IMG/VR virus record: IMGVR_UViG_3300041955_000531
Reading direction: 5' to 3' (one strand)
Source of the DNA: a virus
DNA: 64,000 bases
The notes beneath the pieces were generated by a model. That model saw only the letters and a list, made by a program, of their open reading frames with translations. It did no database searches and was not told the origin of the DNA. Position numbers and translations under genes: made by a program. Below are positions 63,678-64,000 of this stretch, in pieces (the first letter of the stretch is position 1; the number at the start of each line of letters is the position of its first letter).

Positions 63678-64000
63678 CGATTTGGTACCCAACCCCATTC
63701 CACCATCCTCTGTCCGGTGGTTTTCTCTGGTTCTTTGAACTGGCTAGCCAAATCAGGTACAGGAGTACCTCGATTGTAGCTACGTTCTTTCTTTTCTTTC
63801 ATTTGCCGAGTTATTTCGCATCTGGCGCGCAGAATAGCGAGAACAGGGCAATCAGAGGTCGACAAATCAATCATTTGTACCGCTTTCCTTGGTAACAACC
63901 AAAAAAGATGTACTTACTGTGGAAAAGACGATAGCTCTAGCGCCAGGGATAGCGGCTAAGCCACTGCACCCTGAAACTGAGCTGCATATCTCTCATCCGC

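Noticed and set aside
451-63779. Numerous plus-strand ORFs in the track (up to 280 aa, e.g. 25516..26274, 55331..56173)
   Set aside because: All are antisense shadows of well-supported minus-strand genes, with no recognisable motifs.
1-64000. Stop-codon reassignment (alternative genetic code)
   Set aside because: Conserved genes are full length under the standard code and end in TAA, TAG and TGA alike.

Overview
This window is 64 kb of a large dsDNA bacteriophage genome covering the early/middle region. Essentially all genes are on the minus strand, tightly packed with ATGA/TAATG overlaps, in the standard genetic code. No virion structural genes are recognisable. Replication and recombination genes: fused primase-helicase, family-A DNA polymerase split into two ORFs, beta clamp, clamp loader, SSB, RecA, Rad52-like annealase, Cas4-like exonuclease, SNF2 helicase, WGR-fused ATP-dependent ligase, HU and a UDG-like protein. 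Nucleotide metabolism genes: NrdJ, ThyX, dCMP deaminase, Tmk, dUTPase, nucleoside deoxyribosyltransferase and HAD/HD hydrolases. Other genes: ClpP, GroES-like, a MoxR/vWA pair, a DUF1257/DUF2997/AAA module, a macrodomain, and many small hypotheticals. The most notable signal is two intron-less HNH endonuclease cassettes at the termini of tmk and polA. Each carries a synonymously recoded duplicate of the host-gene terminus (KGxxITFEGVD twice; DYWKKG-stop twice) and its own copy of a TATACTAAYCAG promoter-like motif. The polymerase is also split by a 682-bp gene-bearing insert bounded by CCTGAT repeats. Further observations: a tRNA-like RNA with a greatly expanded D-loop, a ~600-nt hairpin-rich mostly non-coding island, and three paralogous small proteins built from an internal repeat. 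All functional calls come from motif recognition by eye; no database searches were run.
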